NCBI GenBank assembly: GCA_036785375.1
Contig: JAWMAR010000471.1
Coordinates: 744,001-808,000 of the forward strand
Length of the DNA: 64,000 bases
Direction: 5' to 3'
DNA from: Leucoraja ocellata
Lineage: Eukaryota
Shown: in pieces, positions 1 through 12,572 of the stretch
How positions within the stretch are numbered: the first letter of the stretch is position 1
Layout: each line of letters opens with the position of its first letter
Position numbers and translations under genes: made by a program
Notes under the pieces: model-generated
Told to the model about the DNA's origin: nothing
The model's input: the letters and a program-made list of their open reading frames with translations, nothing else
Databases searched by the model: none

Positions 1-1526
1 TATTAAAATATCCTGACCTATATAGTCTCTCTCGGAATAGAATGTCTCCACTCCTGCCAAAACGTTGTCGTTAATACGCTGCCACTCCCCAGATTAATGA
101 TATCAATGCGAACATATTGCGATCTGGAGAACATCGCACGTGCGGTCTCGCCAACGCCCCAGGCCAGATGGTGAAAAGGCCCTGTTTCTGTGCTGTGTAA
201 CATGCAACTACCACTTACAGTGAGAGTTGGTTCAATATACCTGCCCCCCCCCCCCCCCCCCCCCCCCCGTGAGGGAGAGTATCCGCTGCGTCCCTTTAAA
301 TATTTACCGTCTTATTTTATACTCCTGTCCTCTTTTAGAGACCTACATCAGAGGAACACATTAAAATATTTCAACTGATCACCTTGTTATATTTTAATTC
401 TGCATAACTCCTCATGGTTTTATTCGCTGCTGAGAGATACAGTTTCTGCATTCTGCAGTCCATCTCATAATTCACACTGTCCAATATTAGTACCATTCGT
501 GTGAGGAGAGTTGCATACTCCCTAGTTTAAATGGATCCTTAATAAATTATTTCGAAAAATAATATCCCTCCTCCTTTGGTGTACTGCTCTGTGAAGTTTT
601 TGTCTGTGAATTGCTTAGGTCGAGTGCAGCAAACATGACATTTCTTTCTTTGGTCAAGACTGTCTTCAGGATGATCTATCCCCAAACATTTACAGCCGGT
701 GAGATTCTCCTTAACCGATTCAATCATCTTGTACATCAACATTCTTGATATCTCCAACGGATCATTGAATTGAGAAGATTTCTCCCTAATATCTGGAATA
801 ACATCAAATGCTGTTCACCTCTGTGTTTTATGAATTAACACATTTCTTTAAAGATAATCTGTTGGTCAAGAATATTTCTAGCCGTTGTATATTTCCAGTC
901 AGTTATCACATTACACATTATATTCGCCTATTCTTTACTTCATGAAGTGGCAACAGTTGAAATACATTAATGCTGCTGTTGTAGCTGAACTGTATACGAT
1001 GTCGTCTAGTAGGTTCCCTGTGGTTTACATCATTTAGACCCTGCCAAAAAATGATTATCTTTCCGTTTGAAAGGCAGCTACACGGATAATGCAAGATGAA
1101 ATTATTAATGGGTGCATGTTAAATGAAGGGCACGGTGTCTGGAAAATGCATTGCAAATTCGACAAGTAATATACTGTATTACATCGTAGCATGTGTGGAT
1201 AAATGATACATGACACGAATTTTGCTGCATCTGTGTGCCACGCGTTAACATTTAAAAATAGAATGTTCACTCGTATTTTACAGTTCCTTAGTTCTGTTGG
1301 TGCTCAGCTGGTGCCTGAGTAGTGAGCGGTCGCATAATGAGTTTGATCGCTTTGCATCACATGGGAGCAAACTATTTGTTCAACGGTCCACAATACATTT
1401 CCGCGGGGAGGTGAACGCACGCAGTCCTTCAGTTTTTTCTAAGAATATAAATATAGCGCTGTTTGACTTCTCACTTTGACTCCTATAAGTTTTGCACTGC
1501 ATAACTGCGGACGGCTTGAAGGAAAA

Positions 1527-4249
1527 ATGGGTTGGAAGCGGCACTTGGAAGTTGAATATTATTATTATCCAATTCTGGCAACAATCGGAGTACCCGGTAG
1601 GTGAAGGGAAAGCAGTAAGTGGGACTGAGACGTGGGATGATGTGTTGATAAAAACATTGTTAAAGGTAAAGTGTAAATAGTGTGCGAAACACGGGGATGC
1701 TAGACTGCATTCTTCAGGTTAGGGCGGTATTAACTAGAAAATGTTTGTTTAAGAAATTACTGCAGTTGCTGGAGAAATCGAAGCTAGACAAAAATGCTGG
1801 AGAATTAGACAGCGGGTGAAGCGGCATCTATGAAGCGAAGGAATAGGTGACGTTTCGGGTCGAGACTGATCAGTCTGAAGAAGGGTCTCGACCCGAAACG
1901 TCACCTATTCCGTTGTTAAGCTATTGGATCGTTCGTCGTTCATAGGATCTGGCACAGGTTAATTCTCTTCAGATTCAGGTTTAGGTGCATTGTTGTCATG
2001 TATTTCCGGGAGCTGCAAAAAGCATTGGTTTGCAAGAAATCCAAATTAGATCAAATACTATTAAATATCAGTACAAACAATTCAATCTCAGTAACAGGTA
2101 GTGTAAGAGGGGAAATCGGAGTGCAGAGCGTAGTTCAAGTTTGGGAGCGCACTGCAGCGTATCACATCCACAAAGCCCAATGTCCGCAAGGGGATATAGG
2201 TGAAACGGCAATACCCTCGCATATGGAAGAGCGGCTCAGAAGCCTGACAACAGAGGGAAAGAATCGGTTCTGGAGTCTGATGGTGCGAGCTTTAAGCCCT
2301 CTGTATCTTCTGCCCGACGGGTGCAGGGAGTAGAAGGAATGAGCGGGGTGAGACGTGTCTCCGTTTCCAAGGGATTGTGAAGTGCAAACGCAGTCAACAG
2401 TGCGGAGTCTATTTCGTAATAAGGAGACGGCATCTTCCAGAACCCTGCGCAATTTACTCTTTATAGGACATATATGTCCCCACAACAAGCTGTGATACAC
2501 CCAACAGTATGCGTTCTATGCTAATCTGCACAGCAAGTTTGAGTAATCAGAGGCAGGTCAAAGTTCCTCAGTCTTCTCCGTAAAGGTGTTGGTCTGCCGC
2601 TGGCTGTCCTTTCGATGTGGTCGTCCAACAAACATCGTTGGTAGTATTAACTACGAGGAACTTGACGTCCTCAATCACTTCCACTTCAGCACCGTTGTTG
2701 CTGACCGGTGATCCACCGCATTTCCTGATATCGATAACTTGCTCCTTGGCCTCGTTGATACAGACATAGAGATTGTCATCATCTGGGAGCTTGTGGGAGC
2801 AGTCACAGCCGCATTTGGCCGCGGGGTCGTGAGTGCATGGGAGGAAGAACCCGGAACCGGATGAGACGTCTTTATGCGGCACCGTTGTAGAGAATTATTG
2901 TGGAAGGGGTGTTATAACTACTACTCTCTGATTAATGTACGTTCATTTGAACATTAGAAGCTGGTGTGCTGATCGCTAGGCTCGGGAGCTTATCAATGGG
3001 TTGGATGGGAGTAGTGTTGGGAATGGGAATGTGACTTTCGACTCCTTGCTGCCCGGCTGTTCCCAGGAAGGGTTTAGGTCCAGGACGATGGCGTCTGATA
3101 CGGACATGTTGCTGCAATATGCAGTCTGCGGTGCAACAATTGTGGCTGGGAGACAGCTCACGCTGCCTGCGTAGACCGCTGCTACGTAATCCGCACAGCT
3201 GCTTAGCACGCACCCATGTTTGTATGTGGGCCAGTTTTTTTAGAACAAATAAGCCAAGCGTACCCAAGTTTGACCCACGCTTCCAAATGAGCATCGTGTT
3301 TCCCTTACATGTAACGACAGTTTTCTCTTTTCCAGTGAACTTGTTGGCGATTGTGATCCTGTCCAGCAGAAATTGTGGTCTCGCCAAATGCACCACTCGG
3401 TACCTGGTGGCCATGGCGACTGTGGACCTCTCGGTGATCGTCTGCGAAGTGATATTACAACGGATTGCTGACCTTTACTGGGCGCACTCATTCCTCTTCC
3501 ACAATACTGTGTGCAGGTCCATTATGTTCCTCGCTCCCGCGGCCGTTGCCTGTTCTGTTTGGCTCACGGTCGCTTTCACATTTGATCGCTTTGTGGCCAT
3601 TTCCACTCAGAATCTGAGAACCAGATACTGCACCGAGAGAACCGCGCTGGTGGTTATAGTGACCCTAACTGCGTTCTTCTGTTTACTGAGCGTCCCCTGG
3701 CCGTTTGCGTACAATTATTATGTCAGGGATCAGCAGGGTATGCAGTGGGGCTGCCTAATAAGATATCACTTTTATAGCCTATCCTCGTGGATAGCATTTT
3801 CCTGGACTCAACAGCTGCTAGTCCCAGTCATTCCATTTTGCTTGATTATGCTAATGAACGTGCTCACTGTCAGACGCATTTTAGTGGCCAGTCGTGTCCG
3901 CAGGAAACTCCGCGATCTCAGTAGTGAGGACCCCGAAATCGCAAACCGCAGACGGTCCGTAATTTTACTCCTTGCAATCTCCAGCAGTTTTCTGCTGCTC
4001 TGGGGCACAACTGTGGTATATTTCGTTTTATATCGAATTACGAATGCATTTATGTCCAGGGGGTTGAAGAACCCATTTCCAACATTTGAACAAACTGGAA
4101 TTCTGCTACAACTGTTGAATACCTGCACAAACACGCTCATTTACACCGTGACCCAGAGGAGGTTCAGAGAACATCTGCTCCAGGTACTCATGTACCCCTT
4201 CACCCTAACTGTAAGCTTAATAAAATCGAGAACACCAGATGTACATTAA
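1527..4249 (+). CDS. Class A GPCR, GPR139/GPR142-like family, copy 1 (exons 1527-1596 and 3336-4249)
   Basis: Exon 1 is ATG..CCC G|gtaggt and reads MGWKRHLEVEYYYYPILATIGVP. The phase-1 acceptor ttttctcttttccag|TG continues VNLLAIVILS. The ORF has seven hydrophobic segments, FTFDRFVAI (DRY-like), a TM3 Cys/ECL2 Cys pair and NTLIY in TM7. AATAAA at 4681. Family call is from motif recognition. Confidence 0.9.
1840..1911 (+). ncRNA. Penelope-type inverted repeat with minimal hammerhead-ribozyme-like core (1875-1902) in GPCR1 intron
   Basis: CTGAAGA-A-GGGTC-TC-GACCC-GAAA-CGTC resembles CUGANGA/stem II/GAAA/GUC. It lies within a 27-bp perfect inverted repeat (1840-1866 vs 1885-1911). Activity not shown. 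Confidence 0.55.
1965..3200 (-). mobile_element. Decayed Rex1/Babar-like LINE fragments in GPCR1 intron (shared with introns of copies 2 and 3)
   Basis: Minus-strand RT and C-terminal remnants (HPAHSFY..PSGRRYR..RTIRLQNRFFP). Confidence 0.6.
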
Positions 4250-5934
4250 CATTACAATACTAATCCCTCCGTGAGTGAGTGAAACAATTAGGTAATGAAG
4301 GGTGTTCTCTGAAAAGTGTCCGCCTCAATTTTCAAAAAAATAGTTTAGAAATACAATGTGAACGCGTCCCCTGCACTGGAATGCACATCTCGCCATCTAT
4401 TTAACATGCGACACGGGCGCATTGTTCAAAGAGCCCAGTGGGAAGGGCGGCCATGTGGAACCGAGTGCTATGTTGTATTGGAACAGACCTCCAATGATTC
4501 AGGAATTGAGCCTCGCCGTTAACTGTTTCCACATTCCTTTGAATCCAGCGGTAACTTCTCCAACACGCAATGAAAACAGACATAGAGTTATGGTCCTAAA
4601 CATTGCATGCTCTATTACTCTACAATTATTTGAGACGTTCCATGTTTACGTATGTAAATGCCCAGTGCGCCAATGTGTTTAATAAAATTCTTGCTGCAAC
4701 AGTTATGTTAATGAGAGTTCCATTTTATATTTGTTTCTCGCACTGAATGTAATGCCTCGTTGCTTCTTACAGAGGCTTTCGGTTTTCAGTACAATTAGTA
4801 ACTCTGCACCAGATGCAGCCAAAGGTAGTGGGTGTTATTGATACAAGTTGGCATTACAAATTATATATTTAATGCAAACAGTGTGTAACAGCGAGTGTCC
4901 AGTAGAGGGCGGTAAAGTGAGTAAGTTCGCCTGTGTGGTAACGAGATGCTGAAAATCGATTTGCATTAATGTCCCACCTCCTTTGATGCAGCGCCGACGC
5001 TGGAGCTCTGCCTATTTGAGATTCGAGGGAGTGCTCAGAGAGTCGGGTTTATCTCCTCTTGCAGGGCAAGATAATGTGAGAAATCCATTAATTTATTTTC
5101 ACCACCGATGGCGGCTGAGATTTGTATAGCTCCAAATTTGACTTGAGTACTCTCTCCCCAAATTCTCCACTCCCGACGCGGTAACGATTACATTTTTACA
5201 TATTCTGATTGACGTTTATCCCCCCGAGGCCGTGAATACATACCTTCTGGCTCGGCTAGCAGTGATCAGCTTCGCTGAAGATGTCATCCTAATTTAACGT
5301 TATTCGCGATTAAAGCATTAAAAATGCCAACTTTCATAAGATTTTTACATATCCTGATCCACACGTATCCCCTCCAGCCAGAGAGCACATTCGCTGACCA
5401 TTTTATGCTTTATTTCTAGACATTACTGATTAAAGTTTTAATACAAATCAAAAGATTGAATTTAAAACTACTAGCTTCAACTGATGACGTCACGATGGCT
5501 CGGCTAGCAGTGATCAGCTTCACTTACGTTCGGGAACGGCTTGAGTTGGAGGACCACGCCTCCTGTGGTGGCCACGGGTAGGGAACGGGTGCGTTGGGGG
5601 AGCGACCCTTTCGACCCTCTCAAAACTTTACATACCTCAACCAGATCTTCCTGCAATTTCCGACATTCCAGAGGGAAATAATCCAAATATGACCAATCTC
5701 TCTCTGCACCGCTAATCCAGCCACCATTCCGGTAAATGAGCAACTGCGGCTCTAAAACACGCCGTACTTAGTAAATGTGTCCATCTTGCCGAATTGGCAA
5801 AGACATTCACTAATGGCTTTGCTGCTGGTCACCAATTTGTACAGCGTGCAAGTTAGTTTACGTTAGTTAGTTTACGACAGGTGTCGATAGGGTAGACTGT
5901 CAGAACTTTAAATGTCCCAACGGGCGGTTCTAAC

Positions 5935-6385
5935 CGGTATGGCTGGACTGACATATGTTGAAATAATGGAGCGACTGGGCTTGTATATACTGGAAATTAG
6001 AAGGATGAGAGGGCATTTTATTGAAACATATAATGTAATTGAGGGTTTGGACACGCTCGAGGCAGGAAACATGTTCCCGATGTTGGGGGAGTCCAGAACC
6101 AGGGCCACTGTTTAAGAATAAGGGGTAACCCATTTAGATGGAGATGCGGCAACAAATTTTCTCACAGAGAGTAATGAGCCTGTGGTATTCTCTGCCTCAG
6201 ACGGTGGTGGAGACCGGATCTCTGGGTAATGTCAAGAGCGAGCTAGATAGGGCTCTTAAAGATAGCGGAGTCAGGGGATATAAGGAGAGGGCAGGAACGG
6301 GGTAGTGATTGGGGATGATCACATTGAATGGCTGTGTTGGCTAGAAGGGCCGAATGGCCTACTCCTGCACCTATTGTCTATTGAA
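5935..6385 (+). mobile_element. CR1 LINE 3' fragment
   Basis: GMAGLTY..RLGLY.LE.RRMRG..IETY ORF2 C-terminus and CR1 3' UTR (gggccgaatggcctactcctgc). Confidence 0.8.
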
Positions 6386-6619
6386 AAGAAGCTAATCAGC
6401 TTATTTCCAACTGTGTCCTATCTGCAGGACCTTCTCTCTCCGCTTCCAGACCCATAAACTAATTTTTTGCACAAACACATGTGTTACTTTTTAAGCTAGT
6501 GGGCTCGACTGTGGCAAGTAAATTCACATGCACAACCCTCGGCAACGTGCAGGAATGTTTCGTGGAATACCTCCGCTAAATTCGCATAAAACTGCATGAT
6601 CTCCCCTTGCTAAATAGCC

Positions 6620-7080
6620 TACAACTTATTCTTAAACTGTGGTCCCTAGGTTTGGACTCTCTCAACACCGGTCACATGGTTCCTGCCTCCGACGTGTCCA
6701 ATCCTTCAATAATCTTTTATGTTTCAAAAATACCCCCTCTCATCCTACTAAATTCCAGTGTATACAAGCACAGCCGCTCCATTATATCCACATATGACAG
6801 TCCCGCCGTCCCGGGAATTAACCTGGTGAACCCACGGTGCACTCCCAACCCACGGTGCACTCCTTCAATAGCAAGAATGCCGTTCCTCAAATCTGGAGAT
6901 CAAAACTGCACACACTACTCCTGGTGTTGTCTCACTAGGGCCCTGTACATCTGCAGAAGGACCTCTTTGCTCCTATACTCAACTGCGCTTGTTATGAAGG
7001 CCAACGTGCAATTAGCTTTCTTCACTGCCTGCTGTACTTGCATGCTTACTTTCAGTGAGTGATGTACAATGACCCCAGGT
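6620..7080 (-). mobile_element. CR1 LINE ORF2 fragment
   Basis: Reverse complement of the CR1 [13 protein letters not shown] region. Confidence 0.75.
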
Positions 7081-7689
7081 GATACCCATCACCTTCTCAA
7101 GTGCAAATGTTTCCCTCCCGTTCCTGTTAAATATTTCCCCTCTCACCATTAACCTAATTCCTCTGGTTCCCGATTCTCCAACTCTGGGCAAAGGACACGA
7201 TACGAGATACATTTATTTGTCACATGTACCAGTTGCTACAGTGAAATGTGTGGTCAACATACAGCCATACAATAAAATAAAGAACAGTGATTCTCCAAAC
7301 ACCCCCTCACTGTGATGGATGTTTGTGTGGAATTGTGTTAATTTAGTGTATTTTTTTTATTGTTGGTATGACTGCAGGACCGTAATTTCGTTTGAGCCTG
7401 TGTTTCAATGACAATAAACGGCATGCTGATTCTGACTCTGATTCCGATGACTGCCTGGGTTTTCTCCGGGTGCTCCGGTTTCCTCCCAGACTCGAAATAC
7501 GTACAGACATATAGTTTATTTTTAATGTCTGTAAATTGTAACTATTCTCCTGTTTGTAGTAGGGTGCTGCTGTCTGGGGTGATCGTTGGTAAGCGCTGAT
7601 TGTGTGGGACGAAGGGCCTGTGTCCACAGCGGATCTCTGATTTCTTGAGCCTATTTTCCTTGGGTGCAGGAGGCGGAGTGTACGAGACA

Positions 7690-8315
7690 CCCCCTCACTG
7701 TGATGGAAGGCAAACGTATTTTCACTTCGCTGTTCTCGGTTCTTTATTCTTCTCCCACAGTCAAGCAGTCAAACTGCTGCATCGAGCTGATCGAGGCTTT
7801 TTATGTTAGAGCCCTCAGCGGTTGACGGTAAGTCCAACGTCCGTTGAAACCGCGCCGGGCGATATAAGGACCTGCTACGGGTCGATTTAATCCTCTCGAT
7901 TCGGTCGGGAGAAGTTACCGTTGCGGGAGCTCCAAAAAGAGGTCTCCTACCAGGGACCTGCGAGCTCCCGCTGTTACCGTCCACAGAGCCTGCAGACGGA
8001 GACGCCGAAGCTCCGAAGTCCTAGTCCGCAGGCTCCGCGACTCGAGACCCAGGTCGATTCCGGTTGGAGGCCGCCGGCTGCACAATGTTGGGCCCCAACG
8101 ACAACGGAGACTTGACAGGGAAAAGGTCGAATATTCGTACAGGGAAGAGATTTAACCCCCCCCCCCCCCCCCCTCCACGACGCCCCCCCCCCACACACAC
8201 ATATACACAGCTAAAAAGTATATAAAACGAAACCAAAACAAACACCTAACGAGACAAGAAGAAGGGAAAGACAGACGTACAGCAGAGGCCGCTGCCGCGA
8301 GGCGCCGCCATCTTG
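7690..8315 (-). mobile_element. GC-rich non-coding repeat starting AAGATGGCGGCG (paralogue at 13670-14620)
   Basis: Two inverted copies in the window. YY1-like 5' end, and in the right copy a GACAATAAA..(GATTCT)n tail like the Rex1-type LINE ends in this window. Confidence 0.5.
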
Positions 8316-8559
8316 TCCAATCGTCAGAACTTGCAACATCGATACTGACAACACGGTACTCAGGTTCTAACCCGGGTGTCCGACAGTGTAATGCCTCTGT
8401 CCCTCTTAGGAAACTTGAACGGAAAACTCTGGTGACCTTGCCCGCAACCCAAGGTTTCCATGAGGTTGCCAGATGTTTTGGTTAATCGCCTGGAAAGCCT
8501 CGAGCTCGATCGACCGAAGCGTGAGCTGCATCTACCGACCAAACATCATACACGACCCA

Positions 8560-8560
<1 letters not shown>

Positions 8561-8636
<76 letters not shown>
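8561..8636. repeat. (CA)n microsatellite
   Basis: About 38 perfect CA units. Confidence 0.99.
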
Positions 8637-8638
<2 letters not shown>

Positions 8639-9579
8639 GTTCACACTGCTACCCAGCTTTGTGTCATCTGCACATTTGCTAATGTTATTTGTGACCCCTT
8701 AGGTGGGAGGTAAAATTGTGTAATTTGTGTAAACAGTATTGAATGTATGTTTAGCCTCCGAGAATGTCGGATGGGGGTTTTGTTAGGATCATGTATTGTA
8801 CATATTTATTTCTCGAATAAACTATATATTTCGAAATCCAAAGAATTGACGCACTATGACTGTTCCCACAATTCACAATAATCCCAGTTGTGTTTCCCAT
8901 AGTCGAGTTCAGTGAAGGCGGAACTGTTTCCATGTAAAGACCCAGTCAAATGTTGCGATTTCACACTTTATGGCTGCTCCTCCCCAACTGCCCTGATATC
9001 CACCGCACTCCGCGAGCAGGTGAGCGAGAGTGCATTTCAATTATCGTCCAATCTCCAGTGGTTTGTTTCCATGATGGACAACACGTTGTATAGTTAGCAT
9101 ATTCGAAAATATTATTTATGGGCCAATGTTGGTATATATTTTCTTCGATTTTGGAGATATATTTTGAATGTGAATATCAATATTAATTTGAATCTGAGAC
9201 CCCTGGCTGCATGAACCAGTCGGGGTTATGGCAATGTTAGCCGTTGGTAGCAATAATGTTTATGTATTTTGCATAAGTATATTATTTTAAATGTTTGTGA
9301 GCTGCTGACTGTTCACGTGGTTGAGGCGACGCTGAAACTACACAGAGTGAACGATGCGCGGTCTAATAATGTTGCCGCTGGAGACAGAAAGATGCCGCCA
9401 TACTGCCTGACCACGAACCGAATTCAGGCAGCAACGGTCGGTGCGCAGAATGCAGATCACTAGGCCACTCGATACACTGCTGCAACTCATGGAAATTACA
9501 AACCTATTTTGCCGGCTAGCTGTGGTTAAATTTCAACAATCACCCAGCTGCACGCTTTTAAAAACAAATCACACGTTTT

Positions 9580-9870
9580 GTCGGCACAGTGGCGCAGCTG
9601 CTGCTGCCTCAAAGCTTCAGACACCCGGGATCAATCCTGTACTCGGGTAATGTCCGAGTGTAGTTTTCCCGTCTCGCTGTGACCGTGTAGGTATCGTCCA
9701 GGTGCTCTGATTTCCTCCCGTATCCCCAATACGTGTGTTTGTTTTAGCTTAATTGGCCTCTGTAAACATGCACCAAGTGTGTAAGGAATAGATGGAAAGG
9801 TGGAATAACACGGAACGAAAGTGATCGGGTCATCGATGGTCGGCGTGGACTCGGCGGGGTGAGGTCCTCA
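9580..9870 (+). mobile_element. tRNA-derived V-SINE (HE1-like), degenerate
   Basis: ggcacagtggcgcagc head and ccaggtgctctgatttcctccc V-domain-like motif. Related pieces at ~7450-7640, 14620-14790, 27160-27315 (-) and 27480-27770. Confidence 0.6.
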
Positions 9871-10004
9871 GGAATTAATTTCATATGCCAAAACATGGCA
9901 GATGTGGGGGAGTGGAACTGAACACATTCATTGAAAATGGCTCCTATCACATCATTCTGGCTTTGCTTGTAATTTACTTCACTTATTTACTTATTTTCCT
10001 CGGT

Positions 10005-10700
10005 ATTCATGAAATGCTTCGAGAGGCTGGTGAAGAAACACATCTGCGCCTTCCTCCCTCGCAACATAGACCTGTTACAGTTCGCATACCGTCCGAACAG
10101 ATCCACGGACGATGCGGTCTCCCAGGTTTTGCACACCGCTCTCTCCCATCTGGACAGCCAGAAGGGGGGCTACGTGAGGATGCTGTTCATAGACTGGCCG
10201 GGAAGCTAATAGAATTGGGGCTCAACACCCCACTGTGTGCCTGGGCCCTGTACTTTCTCACCGCCAGGCCCCAGGTAGTCAAGATGGGAGGAAATACATC
10301 GAAGTCCCTCACACTGAGCACAGGATCGCCCCAGGGTTGCGTCCTCAGCCCCCCATTGTACTCCCTGTACACACATGACTGTGTGGCTAGGTTCAGCTCC
10401 AACTCAATAATCAAGTTTGCTGATGACACTGTGGTAGTGGGCCGGATCTCAGACAACGATGAGAAGGCCGACCGAGAGGAGGTGGCTGATCTAGCACTCT
10501 GGGGTCAGGACAACAGCCTCCGATTGAACATCAAAAAACTAAGTAGCTGATCATGGACTTTAGGAGGGCACATCATCCGAGGACGTACACGCCATTGAGC
10601 ATAAATGGGGATACTGTGGATAGGGTGAACTCTTTTAAATATCTGGGAGTCCACATCTCTGAGGATATGACATGGACATCACACGCCGCAGCACTTTTCA
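10005..10700 (+). mobile_element. Rex1/Babar-like LINE RT fragment
   Basis: [37 protein letters not shown]; internal deletion. Confidence 0.85.
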
Positions 10701-10944
10701 TTTCACTGACATCTCGTACGTGTATGTGACGAATAAACTTGACTTGACTTGACTTGACTCGTATAGAAATCACGTGCATTTCTCAATGTATACATCGAAA
10801 CATCGTAATAATTCCCATTTTCTCCACACGGCCGAAGCGACTGCACATCTGCCCGTAGCCTTTGGACGGATGACGTTAATACTGTGGTGTTTCTTTTTAG
10901 AATCGTGGCATCATAGAGTCTTACTGCGTGGAAACACACCGTTA

Positions 10945-11475
10945 GAAACATATAAACATAAAAATAGGTGCAGAAGTAGGCTATTCGGCCCTTCGAGCCT
11001 GCACCGCCATTCAATATGATCATGGCTGATCATCCAACTCAGTATCCTGTACCTGCCACCTCTAACTCCCTCTTGAATATAGCCAATGAACTGGCCTCAA
11101 CTGCCTTCTGTGGCAGAGAATTCCAGAGATTCACCACTCTCTGTGTGAAAAATGTTTTCCTCATCTCGGTCCTAAAAGATTTCCCCCTTATCCTTAAACT
11201 GTAACCCCTTGTTCTGGACTTCCCCAACATCGGGAACAAGGTTCCTGCATCTAATCTGTCGAACCCCTTAAGAATTTTGTAAGTTTCAATAAGATCTCCC
11301 CTCAATCTTCTAAATTCTAGCGCGTACAAGTCGAGTCTATCCCGTCTTTCTTCATATCAAAGTCCTGACATCCCAGGAATCAGTCTGGTGAACCTTCTCT
11401 GTACAAGAATGTCTTTCTTCAGATTAGGAGACCACAACTGTACACAATACTCCAGGTGTGGTCTCACCAGGACAC
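10945..11475 (-). mobile_element. CR1 LINE 3' fragment
   Basis: LEFRRLRGDLIETYKIL..FFTQRVVNLWNSLP plus a ttctatgt-type tail. Confidence 0.85.
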
Positions 11476-12101
11476 TGTACACCCTTCGGCCCAAATTGCC
11501 CACACCAGCCAACATGTTCCATCTTCACTAGTCCTACCTGCATGCATTTCGTCCATATCCTCAACATCCGTTCTATCCATGTATATGTCAACGCTCTTCA
11601 TAAACCCTGCGATTATGCCTGCCTTAACTACTACCTCCGGCAGCTCGTTCCAAGCGCCGCCCCCTTTGTATGAAAAAGTTACCCTTCAGGTCTCTATTAA
11701 ATCTACTCCCCACTCACTTTGAATCTATGTTCTCTGTTTCTCGATCCACCTAATCTGGCCAAGAGACTCTGTGAGTTTACCCGATCTATTCCATTTGTGA
11801 ATATGCACCTATTATTATTTCGCTTAACAATCTCAGGCTTCGCACCTTCACCACCGGTTACAAGAACAAATATGCCTTCCTCAATCACGGTTTATTCAAG
11901 CGGATGCGAATACTCTCGGGGGGAAGCTGGATTCCGGCTACGTGTATTTTAATTGGCTAAGACCCCGCTGCCCACCCACATCTCTGACTCCATCACTGGG
12001 GGCACATGGCAGTGACAGCGAACATCCGGAGACCAGCAGACGCGATCCAGTTTTTGTCTCTTCAAGTTTCGAACTCAGCTAGTACATAGTGAACGGTCAA
12101 A

Positions 12102-12572
12102 ATGCGTTTCCTCGGCATCTGTGTCGTGTGGGGAGCGTTTCTGATAGGTAATTCTGGATCAATATTTTCAGTTCCCCTCGCCCTACTCAGTGAGATTTTG
12201 GCTTGAGAAGTGCAACTTTATAGCACTCAGGTATCTGTTACTATCTAAATATATTTATTTTACAGTCACCGTTCACGGAGAATCTGTCACACAGCCACTG
12301 CCCTCGGTGACGAAGACAAAAGGAGAAGCGGTGACTTTAACCTGCAACTATGATACCACATGGACAGCATATGCTTTATTCTGGTACCGACAATATCCAG
12401 GCATGCAGCCCGAGTTTACTGTGTCGAGAGACAACGGCAACAATGAAGATAAGGCCCAATACGCTGACACTCGTTTCTCTATTGAGCTCAATACCGCGAC
12501 TAAGTTCACCAGCTTGAGTATCTCAGGGCTGGATCTCAGCGACTCTGCAGTCTATTACTGCGCACTGTGGCG
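12102..12572 (+). CDS. T-cell receptor alpha/delta-type variable (V) gene segment (leader 12102-12147, V exon 12266-12572)
   Basis: Leader MRFLGICVVWGAFLI G|gtaatt, 118-nt intron ending tttacag. V exon VTVHG-ESVTQ..VTLTC..LFWYRQYPG..RFS..SLSISGLDLSDSAVYYCALW has the Ig V-set Cys/Trp/YYC hallmarks, no stops, and an RSS directly after it. Confidence 0.9.

Larger units (their letters stand above)
1..8412 (+). repeat. Left arm of large inverted segmental duplication (pairs with ~13573-24085; may extend beyond the window start)
   Basis: Collinear reverse-complement similarity by eye: 5-170 vs 23920-24080, 540-760 vs 23184-23402, GPCR1 vs GPCR2, 7060-7280 vs 14940-15190, 8350-8412 vs 13573-13635. 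Confidence 0.88.

Noticed and set aside
539-1479. Short ORFs repeated at 22672-23402 and 37991-38899
   Set aside because: They recur only because of the segmental duplication, have no recognisable domain and are not kept in frame in copy 3.
1441-1492. TATA-like elements upstream of GPCR exon 1
   Set aside because: Plausible but AT-rich context and not clearly conserved in copies 3 and 5; no TSS evidence.
3119-3335. N-terminal 72 aa of the 376-aa ORF in the track
   Set aside because: Intronic, LINE-derived read-through. A true exon 1 conserved in four paralogues splices in at 3336.
12190-12265. ORF-track N-terminus of the V segment
   Set aside because: Intron sequence; the real leader is 12102-12147.
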